The notes under the pieces were generated by a model that did no database searches, was not told where the DNA came from, and saw only the letters and a list, made by a program, of their open reading frames with translations. The position numbers and the translations under genes are program-made. Of a stretch of DNA of 64,000 nt, positions 28,801 to 41,400 are shown in pieces. Source of the DNA: Eledone cirrhosa (lineage: Eukaryota). Every line of letters begins with the position of its first letter. The stretch's first letter is position 1. The stretch lies in the NCBI GenBank assembly GCA_964016885.1, contig OZ024742.1:342612001-342676000 (forward strand), read 5' to 3'.

Positions 28801-31800
28801 AGTATGTGATCTCCAGTGGTATGAAGTATGTAATCTACAGTGGTATGAAGTATGTGATCCCCAGTGGTATGAAGTATGTGATCTCCTGTGGTATGAAATA
28901 TGTCAGCTCCAGTGGTATGAAGTATGTGATCTCCAGTGGTATGAAGTATGTGATCTCCAGTGGTATGAAATATGTGATCTACAGTGGTATGAAGTATGTG
29001 ATCTCCAGTGGTATGAAGTATGTGATCTCCAGTGGTATGAAGTATGTGATCTCCAGTGGTATGAAGTATGTCAGCTCCAGTGGTATGAAGTATGTGATCT
29101 CCAGTGGTATGAAATATGTGATCTACAGTGGTATGAAGTATGTTAGCTCCAGTGGTATGAAGTATGTGATCTACAGTGGTATGAATTATGTCAGCTCCAG
29201 TGGTATGAAGTATGTGATCTCCAGTGGTATGAAGTATGTGATCTACAGTGGTATGAAGTATGTGATCTACAGTGGTATGAAGTATGTGATCTACAGTGGT
29301 ATGAAGTATGTGATCTACAGTGGTATGAAGTATGTCATCTACAGTGGTATGAAGTATGTGATCTACAGTGGTATGAAGTATGTCAGCTCCAGTGGTATGA
29401 AGTATGTGATCTACAGTGGTATGAAGTATGTAATCTACAGTGGTATGAAGTATGTGATCTCCAGTGGTATGAAGTATGTGATCTCCTGTGGTATGAAATA
29501 TGTGATCTACAGTGGTATGAAGTATGTGATCTCCAGTGGTATGAAGTATGTGATCTCCAGTGGTATGAAATATGTGATCTCCAGTGGTATGAAGTATGTG
29601 ATCTCCAGTGGTATGAAGTATGTGACCTCCAGTGGTATGAAATATGTGATCTACAGTGGTATGAAGTATGTGATCTCCAGTGGTATGAAGTATGTGATCT
29701 CCAGTGGTATGAAATATGTGATCTCCAGTGGTATGAAGTATGTGATCTCCAGTGGTATGAAGTATGTCATATCCTGTGGTATGAAGTATGTGATCTCCAG
29801 TGGTATGAAGTATGTCAGCTCCAGTGGTATGAAGTATGTGATCTCCAGTGGTATGAAGTATGTGATCTCCAGTGGTAGGAAATATGTGATCTACAGTGGT
29901 ATGAAGTATGTTAGCTCCAGTGGTATGAGGTATGTGATCTACAGTGGTATGAAGTATGTGATCTCCTGTGGTATGAAGTATGTGATCTACAGTGGTATGA
30001 AGTATGTGATCTCCAGTGGTATGAAGTATGTGATCTACAGTGGTATGAAGTATGTGATCTACAGTGGTATGAAGTATGGGATCTCCAGTGGTATGAAGTA
30101 TGTTAGCTCCAGTGGTATGAAGTGTGTGATCTCCAGTGGTATGAAGTATGTGATCTACAGTGGTATGAAGTATGTGATCTACAGTGGTATGAAGTATGTG
30201 ATATCCTGTGGTATGAAGTATGTGATCTCCAGTGGTATGAAGTATGTCAGCTCCAGTGGTATGAAGTATGTGATCTCCTGTGGTATGAAGTATGTGATCT
30301 ACAGTGGTATGAATTATGTGATCTCCAGTGGTATGAAGTATGTGATCTCCAGTGGTATGAAGTATGTCAGGTCTAGTGGTATGAAGTATGTGATCTCCAG
30401 TTGTATGAAGTATGTGATCTACAGTGGTATGAAGTATGTGATCTCCTGTGGTATGAAGTATGTGATCTACAGTGGTATGAAGTATGTTAGCTTCTGTGGT
30501 ATAAAGTATGTGATCTCCAGTGGTATGAAGTATGTGATCTCCAGTGGTATGAAGTATGTGATCTACAGTGGTATGAAGTATGTGATCTCCTGTGGTATGA
30601 AGTATGTGATCTACAGTGGTATGAAGTATGTGATCTCCAGTGGTATGAAGTATGTGATCTACAGTGGTATGAAGTATGTGATCTACAGTGGTATGAAGTA
30701 TGTGATATCCTGTGGTATGAAGTATGTGATCTACAGTGGTATGAAGTATGTGATCTACAGTGGTATGAAGTATGTGATCTACAGTGGTATGAAGTATGTG
30801 ATCTCCAGTGGTATGAAGTATGTAATCTACAGTGGTATGAAGTATGTGATCCCCAGTGGTATGAAGTATGTGATCTCCTGTGGTATGAAATATGTCAGCT
30901 CCAGTGGTATGAAGTATGTGATCTCCAGTGGTATGAAGTATGTGATCTCCAGTGGTATGAAATATGTGATCTACAGTGGTATGAAGTATGTGATCTCCAG
31001 TGGTATGAAGTATGTGATCTCCAGTGGTATGAAGTATGTGATCTCCAGTGGTATGAAGTATGTCAGCTCCAGTGGTATGAAGTATGTGATCTCCAGTGGT
31101 ATGAAATATGTGATCTACAGTGGTATGAAGTATGTTAGCTCCAGTGGTATGAAGTATGTGATCTACAGTGGTATGAAGTATGTCAGCTCCAGTGGTATGA
31201 AGTATGTGATCTCCAGTGGTATGAAGTATGTGATCTACAGTGGTATGAAGTATGTGATCTACAGTGGTATGAAGTATGTGATCTACAGTGGTATGAAGTA
31301 TGTCATCTACAGTGGTATGAAGTATGTCATCTACAGTGGTATGAAGTATGTGATCTACAGTGGTATGAAGTATGTCAGCTCCAGTGGTATGAAGTATGTG
31401 ATCTACAGTGGTATGAAGTATGTAATCTACAGTGGTATGAAGTATGTGATCTCCAGTGGTATGAAGTATGTGATCTCCTGTGGTATGAAATATGTGATCT
31501 ACAGTGGTATGAAGTATGTGATCTCCAGTGGTATGAAGTATGTGATCTCCAGTGGTATGAAATATGTGATCTCCAGTGGTATGAAGTATGTGATCTCCAG
31601 TGGTATGAAGTATGTGACCTCCAGTGGTATGAAATATGTGATCTACAGTGGTATGAAGTATGTGATCTCCAGTGGTATGAAGTATGTGATCTCCAGTGGT
31701 ATGAAATATGTGATCTCCAGTGGTATGAAGTATGTGATCTCCAGTGGTATGAAGTATGTCATATCCTGTGGTATGAAGTATGTGATCTCCAGTGGTATGA

Positions 31801-32420
31801 AGTATGTCAGCTCCAGTGGTATGAAGTATGTGATCTCCAGTGCTATGAAGTATGTGATCTCCAGTGGTAGGAAATATGTGATCTACAGTGGTATGAAGTA
31901 TGTTAGCTCCAGTGGTATGAGGTATGTGATCTACAGTGGTATGAAGTATGTGATCTCCTGTGGTATGAAGTATGTGATCTACAGTGGTATGAAGTATGTG
32001 ATCTCCAGTGGTATGAAGTATGTGATCTACAGTGGTATGAAGTATGTGATCTACAGTGGTATGAAGTATGGGATCTCCAGTGGTATGAAGTATGTTAGCT
32101 CCAGTGGTATGAAGTGTGTGATCTCCAGTGGTATGAAGTATGTGATCTACAGTGGTATGAAGTATGTGATCTACAGTGGTATGAAGTATGTGATATCCTG
32201 TGGTATGAAGTATGTGATCTCCAGTGGTATGAAGTATGTCAGCTCCAGTGGTATGAAGTATGTGATCTCCTGTGGTATGAAGTATGTGATCTACAGTGGT
32301 ATGAATTATGTGATCTCCAGTGGTATGAAGTATGTGATCTCCAGTGGTATGAAGTATGTCAGCTCTAGTGGTATGAAGTATGTGATCTCCAGTTGTATGA
32401 AGTATGTGATCTACAGTGGT
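13890..32420. repeat. Tandem duplication of a ~9.35-kb block (389-390 monomers): copies at ~13.9-23.25 kb and ~23.25-32.4 kb
   Basis: Paired frame-2 ORF starts 14762/24098 and 17066/26402 (offset 9,336); 18386/27746, 20762/30122 and 22754/32114 (offset 9,360). Shared rare variants include ATG-ATG-TGT, AGC-TCA (17292/26628), TCC-AGA, GTG-TTC, GTG-AAC and AGG-TCT. Confidence 0.9.
18830..23270. repeat. 83-monomer (1,992-bp) higher-order repeat; also at ~28.2-32.4 kb and ~44.3-50.25 kb
   Basis: ORF-track starts 20762/22754, 30122/32114 and 46250/48242/50234 are each 1,992 apart. The marker series AAT, TCT, TTC-TGT-GGT-ATA, CCC, ACC, AGG-AAA, AGG, GGG recurs in the same order. Confidence 0.88.
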
Positions 32421-35400
32421 ATGAAGTATGTGATCTACAGTGGTATGAAGTATGTGATCTACAGTGGTATGAAGTATGTGATCTCCAGTGGTATGAAGTA
32501 TGTCATATCCTGTGGTATGAAGTATGTGATCTCCAGTGGTATGAAGTATGTCAGCTCCAGTGGTATGAAGTATGTGATCTCCAGTGGTATGAAGTATGTG
32601 ATCTCCAGTGGTAGGAAATATGTGATCTACAGTGGTATGAAGTATGTTAGCTCCAGTGGTATGAGGTATGTGATCTACAGTGGTATGAAGTATGTGATCT
32701 CCTGTGGTATGAAGTATGTGATCTACAGTGGTATGAAGTATGTGATCTCCAGTGGTATGAAGTATGTGATCTACAGTGGTATGAAGTATGTGATCTACAG
32801 TGGTATGAAGTATGGGATCTCCAGTGGTATGAAGTATGTTAGCTCCAGTGGTATGAAGTGTGTGATCTCCAGTGGTATGAAGTAAGTGATCTACAGTGGT
32901 ATGAAGTATGTGATCTACAGTGGTATGAAGTATGTGATTTACAGTGGTATGAAGTATGTGATCTCCTGTGGTATGAAGTATGTGATCTACAGTGGTATGA
33001 AGTATGTGATCTCCAGTGGTATGAAGTATGTGATCTACAGTGGTATGAAGTATGTGATATCCTGTGGTATGAAGTATGTGATATCCAGTGGTATGAAGTA
33101 TGTCAGCTCCAGTGTTATGAAGTATGTGATCTCCTGTGGTATGAAGTATGTGATCTACAGTGGTATGAAGTATGTGATCTACAGTGGTATGAAGTATGTG
33201 ATATCCTGTGGTATGAAGGATGTGATATCCTGTGGTATGAAGTATGTGATCTCCAGTGGTATGAAGTATGTCAGCTCCAGTGGTATGAAGTATGTGATCT
33301 CCAGTTGTATGAAGTATGTGATCTACAGTGGTATGAAGTATATTATCTCCTGTGGTATGAAGTATGTGATCTACAGTGGTATGAAGTATGTTAGCTCCTG
33401 TGGTATGAAGTATGTGATCTCCAGTGGTATGAAGTATGTGATCTCCAGTGGTATGAAGTATGTGATCTACAGTGGTATGAAGTCTGTGATCTCCTGTGGT
33501 ATGAAGTATGCGATCTACAGTGCTATGAAGTATGTGATATCCTGTGGTATGAAGTATGTGATATCCTGTGGTATGAAGTATGTGATCTCCAGTGGTATGA
33601 AGTATGTGATATCCTGTGGTATTAAGTATGTGATCTCCAGTGGTATGAAGTATGTGATCTCCAGTGGTATGAAGTATATGATCTCCAGTGGTATAAAGTA
33701 TGTGATCTACAGTGGTATGAAGTATGTGATCTCCAGTAGTATGAAGTATGTCAGCTCCAGTGGTATGAAGTATGTGATCTCCAGTGGTATGAAGTATGTG
33801 ATCTCCAGTGGTATGAAGTATGTGATCTCCAATGGCATGAAGTATGTGATCTCCAGTGGTATGAAGTATGTCAACTCCAGTGGTATGAAGTATGTCAGCT
33901 CCAGTGGTATGAAGTATGTGATCTCCAGTGGTATGAAGTATGTGATCTGCAGTCGTATGAAGTATGTCAACTCCAGTGGTATGAAGTATGTGATCTCCAG
34001 TGGTATGAAGTATGTGATCTCCAGTGGTATGAAGTATGTGATCTCCAGTGGTATGAAGTATGTCAGCTCCAGTGGTATGAAGTATGTGATACCCTGTGGT
34101 ATGAAGTATGTGATCTACAGTGGTATGAAGTATGTGATCTCCAGTGGTATGAAGTATGTGATCTCCTGTGGTATGAAGTATGTGATCTACAGTGGTATGA
34201 AGTATGTGATCTCCAGTGGTATGAAGTATGTGATCTACAGTGGTATGAAGTATGTGATATCCTGTGCTATGAAGTATGTGATCTCCAGTGGTATGAAGTA
34301 TGTCAGCTCCAGTGGTATGAAGTATGTGATCTCCTGTGGTATGAAGTATGTGATCTACAGTGGTATGAATTATGTGATCTCCAGTGGTATGAAGTATGTG
34401 ATCTCCAGTGGTATGAAGTATGTCAGCTCTAGTGGTATGAAGTATGTGATCTCCAGTTGTATGAAGTATGTGATCTACAGTGGTATGAAGTATGTGATCT
34501 CCTGTGGTATGAAGTATGTGATCTACAGTGGTATGAAGTATGTTAGCTTCTGTGGTATAAAGTATGTGATCTCCAGTGGTATGAAGTATGTGATCTCCAG
34601 TGGTATGAAGTATGTGATCTACAGTGGTATGAAGTATGTGATCTCCTGTGGTATGAAGTATGTGATCTACAGTGGTATGAAGTATGTGATCTCCAGTGGT
34701 ATGAAGTATGTGATCTACAGTGGTATGAAGTATGTGATCTACAGTGGTATGAAGTATGTGATATCCTGTGGTATGAAGTATGTGATCTACAGTGGTATGA
34801 AGTATGTGATCTACAGTGGTATGAAGTATGTGATCTACAGTGGTATGAAGTATGTGATCTCCAGTGGTATGAAGTATGTAATCTACAGTGGTATGAAGTA
34901 TGTGATCTCCAGTGGTATGAAGTATGTGATCTCCTGTGGTATGAAATATGTCAGCTCCAGTGTTATGAAGTATGTGATCTCCAGTGGTATGAAGTATGTG
35001 ATCTCCAGTGGTATGAAATATGTGATCTACAGTGGTATGAAGTATGTGATCTCCAGTGGTATGAAGTATGTGATCTCCAGTGGTATGAAGTATGTGATCT
35101 CCAGTGGTATGAAGTATGTCAGCTCCAGTGGTATGAAGTATGTGATCTCCAGTGGTATGAAATATGTGATCTACAGTGGTATGAAGTATGTTAGCTCCAG
35201 TGGTATGAAGTATGTGATCTACAGTGGTATGAAGTATGTCAGCTCCAGTGGTATGAAGTATGTGATCTCCAGTGGTATGAAGTATGTGATCTACAGTGGT
35301 ATGAAGTATGTGATCTACAGTGGTATGAAGTATGTGATCTACAGTGGTATGAAGTATGTGATCTACAGTGGTATGAAGTATGTCATCTACAGTGGTATGA

Positions 35401-38400
35401 AGTATGTGATCTACAGTGGTATGAAGTATGTCAGCTCCAGTGGTATGAAGTATGTGATCTACAGTGGTATGAAGTATGTAATCTACAGTGGTATGAAGTA
35501 TGTGATCTCCAGTGGTATGAAGTATGTGATCTCCTGTGGTATGAAATATGTGATCTACAGTGGTATGAAGTATGTGATCTCCAGTGGTATGAAGTATGTG
35601 ATCTCCAGTGGTATGAAATATGTGATCTCCAGTGGTATGAAGTATGTGATCTCCAGTGGTATGAAGTATGTGACCTCCAGTGGTATGAAATATGTGATCT
35701 ACAGTGGTATGAAGTATGTGATCTCCAGTGGTATGAAGTATGTGATCTCCAGTGGTATGAAATATGTGATCTCCAGTGGTATGAAGTATGTGATCTCCAG
35801 TGGTATGAAGTATGTCATATCCTGTGGTATGAAGTATGTGATCTCCAGTGGTATGAAGTATGTCAGCTCCAGTGGTATGAAGTATGTGATCTCCAGTGGT
35901 ATGAAGTATGTGATCTCCAGTGGTAGGAAATATGTGATCTACAGTGGTATGAAGTATGTTAGCTCCAGTGGTATGAGGTATGTGATCTACAGTGGTATGA
36001 AGTATGTGATCTCCTGTGGTATGAAGTATGTGATCTACAGTGGTATGAAGTATGTGATCTCCAGTGGTATGAAGTATGTGATCTACAGTGGTATGAAGTA
36101 TGTGATCTACAGTGGTATGAAGTATGGGATCTCCAGTGGTATGAAGTATGTTAGCTCCAGTGGTATGAAGTGTGTGATCTCCAGTGGTATGAAGTATGTG
36201 ATCTACAGTGGTATGAAGTATGTGATCTACAGTGGTATGAAGTATGTGATTTACAGTGGTATGAAGTATGTGATCTCCTGTGGTATGAAGTATGTGATCT
36301 ACAGTGGTATGAAGTATGTGATCTCCAGTGGTATGAAGTATGTGATCTACAGTGGTATGAAGTATGTGATATCCTGTGGTATGAAGTATGTGATATCCAG
36401 TGGTATGAAGTATGTCAGCTCCAGTGGTATGAAGTATGTGATCTCCTGTGGTATGAAGTATGTGATCTACAGTGGTATGAAGTATGTGATCTACAGTGGT
36501 ATGAAGTATGTGATATCCTGTGGTATGAAGTATGTGATATCCTGTGGTATGAAGTATGTGATCTCCAGTGGTATGAAGTATGTCAGCTCCAGTGGTATGA
36601 AGTATGTGATCTCCAGTTGTATGAAGTATGTGATCTACAGTGGTATGAAGTATATGATCTCCTGTGGTATGAAGTTTGTGATCTACAGTGGTATGAAGTA
36701 TGTTAGCTCCTGTGGTATGAAGTATGTGATCTCCAGTGGTATGAAGTATGTGATCTCCAGTGGTATGAAGTATGTGATCTACAGTGGTATGAAGTCTGTG
36801 ATCTCCTGTGGTATGAAGTATGTGATCTACAGTGCTATGAAGTATGTGATATCCTGTGGTATGAAGTATGTGATATCCTGTGGTATGAAGTATGTGATAT
36901 CCTGTGGTATGAAGTATGTGATCTCCAGTGGTATGAAGTATGTGATCTCCAGTGGTATGAAGTATATGATCTCCAGTGGTATAAAGTATGTGATCTACAG
37001 TGGTATGAAGTATGTGATCTCCAGTAGTATGAAGTATGTCAGCTCCAGTGGTATGAAGTATGTGATCTCCAGTGGTATGAAGTATGTGATCTCCAGTGGT
37101 ATGAAGTATGTGATCTCCAGTGGCATGAAGTATGTGATCTCCAGTGGTATGAAGTATGTCAACTCCAGTGGTATGAAGTATGTCAGCTCCAGTGGTATGA
37201 AGTATGTGATCTCCAGTGGTATGAAGTATGTGATCTCCAGTGGTATGAAGTATGTCAACTCCAGTGGTATGAAGTATGTGATCTCCAGTGGTATGAAGTA
37301 TGTGATCTCCAGTGGTATGAAGTATGTGATCTCCAGTGGCATGAAGTATGTCAGCTCCAGTGGTTTGAAGTATGTGATATCCTGTGGTATGAAGTATGTG
37401 ATCTACAGTGGTATGAAGTATGTGATCTCCAGTGGTATGAAGTATGTGATCTACAGTGGTATGAAGTATGTGATCTCCAGTGGTATGAAGTATGTGATCT
37501 CCAGTGGTATGAAGTATGTGATCTACAGTGGTATGAAGTATGTGATATCCTGTGGTATGAAGTATGTGATCTCCAGTGGTATGAAATATGTGATCTCCAG
37601 TGGTATGAAGTATGTGATCTCCAGTGGTATGAAGTATGTGATCTCCAGTGGTATGAAGTATGTGATCTCCAGTGGTATGAAGTATGTGATCTACAGTGGT
37701 ATGAAGTATGTGATCTCCAGTGGTATGAAGTATGTGATCTCCAGTGGTATGAAATATGTGATCTCCAGTGGTATGAAGTATGTGATCTCCAGTGGTATGA
37801 AGTATGTCATATCCTGTGGTATGAAGTATGTGATCTCCAGTGGTATGGAGTATGTCAGCTCCAGTGGTATGAAGTATGTGATCTCCAGTGGTATGAAGTA
37901 TGTGATCTCCAGTGGTATGAAATATGTGATCTACAGTGGTATGAAGTATGTTAGCTCCAGTGGTATGAAGTATGTGATCTACAGTGGTATGAAGTATGTG
38001 ATCTCCAGTGGTATGAAGTATGTGATCTACAGTGGTATGAAGTATGTGATCTACAGTGGTATGAAGTATGTGATCTCCAGTGGTATGAAGTATGTTAGCT
38101 CCAGTGGTATGAAGTGTGTGATCTACAGTGGTATGAAGTATGTGATCTACAGTGGTACGAAGTATGTAATCTCCAGTGGTATGAAGTATGTGATCTACAG
38201 TGGTATGAAGTTTGTGATCTACAGTGGTATGAAGTATGTGATCTATAGTGGTATGAAGTATGTGATCTCCTGTGGTATGAAGTATGTGATCTACAGTGGT
38301 ATGAAGTATGTGATCTCCAGTGGTATGAAGTATGTGATCTCCAGTGGTATGAAGTATGTGATCTACAGTGGTATGAAGTATGTGATATCCTGTGGTATGA

Positions 38401-41400
38401 AGTATGTGATCTCCAGTGGTATGAAGTATGTCAGCTCCAGTGGTATGAAGTATGTGCTCTCCTGTGGTATGAAGTATGTGATCTACAGTGGTATGAAGTA
38501 TGTGATCTCCAGTGGTATGAAGTATGTGATATCCTGTGGTATGAAGTATGTAATATCCTGTGGTATGAAGTATGTGATCTCCAGTGGTATGAAGTATGTG
38601 ATCTCCAGTGGTATGAAGTATGTGATATCCTGTGGTATGAAGTATATGATCTCCAGTGGTATGAAGTATGTGATCTCCAGTGGTATGAAGTATATGATCT
38701 CCAGTGGTATGAAGTATGTGATCTACAGTGGTATGAAGTATGTGATCTCCAGTGGTATGAAGTATGTGACCTCCAGTGGTATGAAATATGTGATCTACAG
38801 TGGTATGAAGTATGTGATCTCCAGTGGTATGAAGTATGTGATCTCCAGTGGTATGATATATGTGATCTCCAGTGGTATGAAGTATGTGATCTCCAGTGGT
38901 ATGAAGTATGTCATATCCTGTGGTATGAAGTATGTGATCTCCAGTGGTATGAAGTATGTCAGCTCCAGTGGTATGAAGTATGTGATCTCCAGTGGTATGA
39001 AGTATGTGATCTCCAGTGGTATGAAATATGTGATCTACAGTGGTATGAAGTATGTTAGCTCCAGTGGTATGAGGTATGTGATCTACAGTGGTATGAGGTA
39101 TGTGATCTCCTGTGGTATGAAGTATGTGATCTACAGTGGTATGAAGTATGTGATCTCCTGTGGTATGAAGTATGTGATCTACAGTGGTATGAAGTATGTG
39201 ATCTCCAGTGGTATGAAGTATGTGATCTACAGTGGTATGAAGTATGTGATCTACAGTGGTATGAAGTATGTGATCTCCAGTGGTATGAAGTATGTTAGCT
39301 CCTGTGGTATGAAGTGTGTGATCTCCAGTGGTATGAAGTATGTGATCTACAGTGGTATGAAGTATGTGATCTACAGTGGTATGAAGTATGTGATTTACAG
39401 TGGTATGAAGTATGTGATCTCTTGTGGTATGAAGTATGTGATCTACAGTGGTATGAAGTATGTGATCTCCAGTGGTATGAAGTATGTGATCTACAGTGGT
39501 ATGAAGTATGTGATATCCTGTGGTATGAAGTATGTGATCTCCAGTGGTATGAAGTATGTGATCTACAGTGGTATGAAGTATGTGATATCCTGTGGTATGA
39601 AGTATGTGATCTACAGTGGTATGAAGTATGTGATCTACAGTGGTATGAAGTATGTGATCTACAGTGGTATGAAGTATGTGATCTCCAGTGGTATGAAGTA
39701 TGTAATCTACAGTGGTATGAAGTATGTGATCTCCAGTGGTATGAAGTATGTGATCTCCTGTGGTATGAAATATGTCAGCTCCAGTGGTATGAAGTATGTG
39801 ATCTCCAGTGGTATGAAGTATGTGATCTCCAGTGGTATGAAATATGTGATCTACAGTGGTATGAAGTATGTGATCTCCAGTGGTATGAAGTATGTGATCT
39901 CCAGTGGTATGAAGTATGTGATCTCCAGTGGTATGAAGTATGTGATCTACAGTGGTATGAAGTTTGTGATCTACAGTGGTATGAAGTATGTGATCTATAG
40001 TGGTATGAAGTATGTGATCTCCTGTGGTATGAAGTATGTGATCTACAGTGGTATGAAGTATGTGATCTCCAGTGGTATGAAGTATGTGATCTCCAGTGGT
40101 ATGAAGTATATGATCTCCAGTGGTATGAAGTATGTGATCTCCAGTGGTATGAAGTATGTGATCTCCAGTGGTATGAAATATGTGATCTACAGTGGTATGA
40201 AGTATGTTAGCTCCAGTCGTATGAAGTGTGTGATCTACATTGGTATGAAGTATGTGATCTACAGTGGTATGAAGTATGTGATCTACAGTGGTATGAAGTA
40301 TGTGATATCCTGTGGTATGAAGTATGTGATCTCCAGTGGTATGAAGTATATGATCTACAGTGGTATGAAGTATGTGATCTACAGTGGTATGAAGTATGTG
40401 ATTTACAGTGGTATGAAGTATGTGATCTACAGTGGTATGAAGTATGTGATCTCCTGTGGTATGAAGTATGTGATCTACAGTGGTATGAAGTATATGATCT
40501 ACAGTGGTATGAAGTATGTGATCTACAGTGGTATGAAGTATGTGATTTACAGTGGTATGAAGTATGTGATCTACAGTGGTATGAAGTATGTGATCTCCTG
40601 TGGTATGAAGTATGTGATCTACAGTGGTATGAAGTATGTGATCTCCAGTGGTATGAAGTATGTGATCTACAGTGGTATGAAGTATGTGATATCCTGTGGT
40701 ATGAAGTATGTGATCTCCAGTGGTATGAAGTATGTCAGCTCCAGTGGTATGAAGTATGTGATCTCCTGTGGTATGAAGTATGTGATCTACAGTGGTATGA
40801 ATTATGTGATCTCCAGTGGTATGAAGTATGTGATCTCCAGTGGTATGAAGTATGTCAGCTCTAGTGGTATGAAGTATGTGATCTCCAGTTGTATGAAGTA
40901 TGTGATCTACAGTGGTATGAAGTATGTGATCTCCTGTGGTATGAAGTATGTGATCTACAGTGGTATGAAGTATGTTAGCTTCTGTGGTATAAAGTATGTG
41001 ATCTCCAGTGGTATGAAGTATGTGATCTCCAGTGGTATGAAGTATGTGATCTACAGTGGTATGAAGTATGTGATCTCCTGTGGTATGAAGTATGTGATCT
41101 ACAGTGGTATGAAGTATGTGATCTCCAGTGGTATGAAGTATGTGATCTACAGTGGTATGAAGTATGTGATCTACAGTGGTATGAAGTATGTGATATCCTG
41201 TGGTATGAAGTATGTGATCTACAGTGGTATGAAGTATGTGATCTACAGTGGTATGAAGTATGTGATCTACAGTGGTATGAAGTATGTGATCTCCAGTGGT
41301 ATGAAGTATGTAATCTACAGTGGTATGAAGTATGTGATCCCCAGTGGTATGAAGTATGTGATCTCCTGTGGTATGAAATATGTCAGCTCCAGTGGTATGA

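Larger units (their letters stand above)
21..32885 (+). other. Repeat-derived open reading frame (MKYVI[S/Y][S/C]G)n, 10,954 aa; coding function unsupported
   Basis: In the ORF track. The frame is already open at position 3, so the ATG at 21 is only the first in-window monomer ATG. It ends at a TAT>TAA point variant (32883-32885). No non-repetitive domain, signal peptide or translation signal is visible. Confidence refers to it being a real CDS. Confidence 0.1.

Noticed and set aside
21-32885. Ice-nucleation protein, mucin, adhesin or zinc-finger repeat gene
   Set aside because: Only the 8-residue period matches ice-nucleation proteins. There is no AGYGST-type motif, PTS richness, C2H2 spacing or terminal domain.
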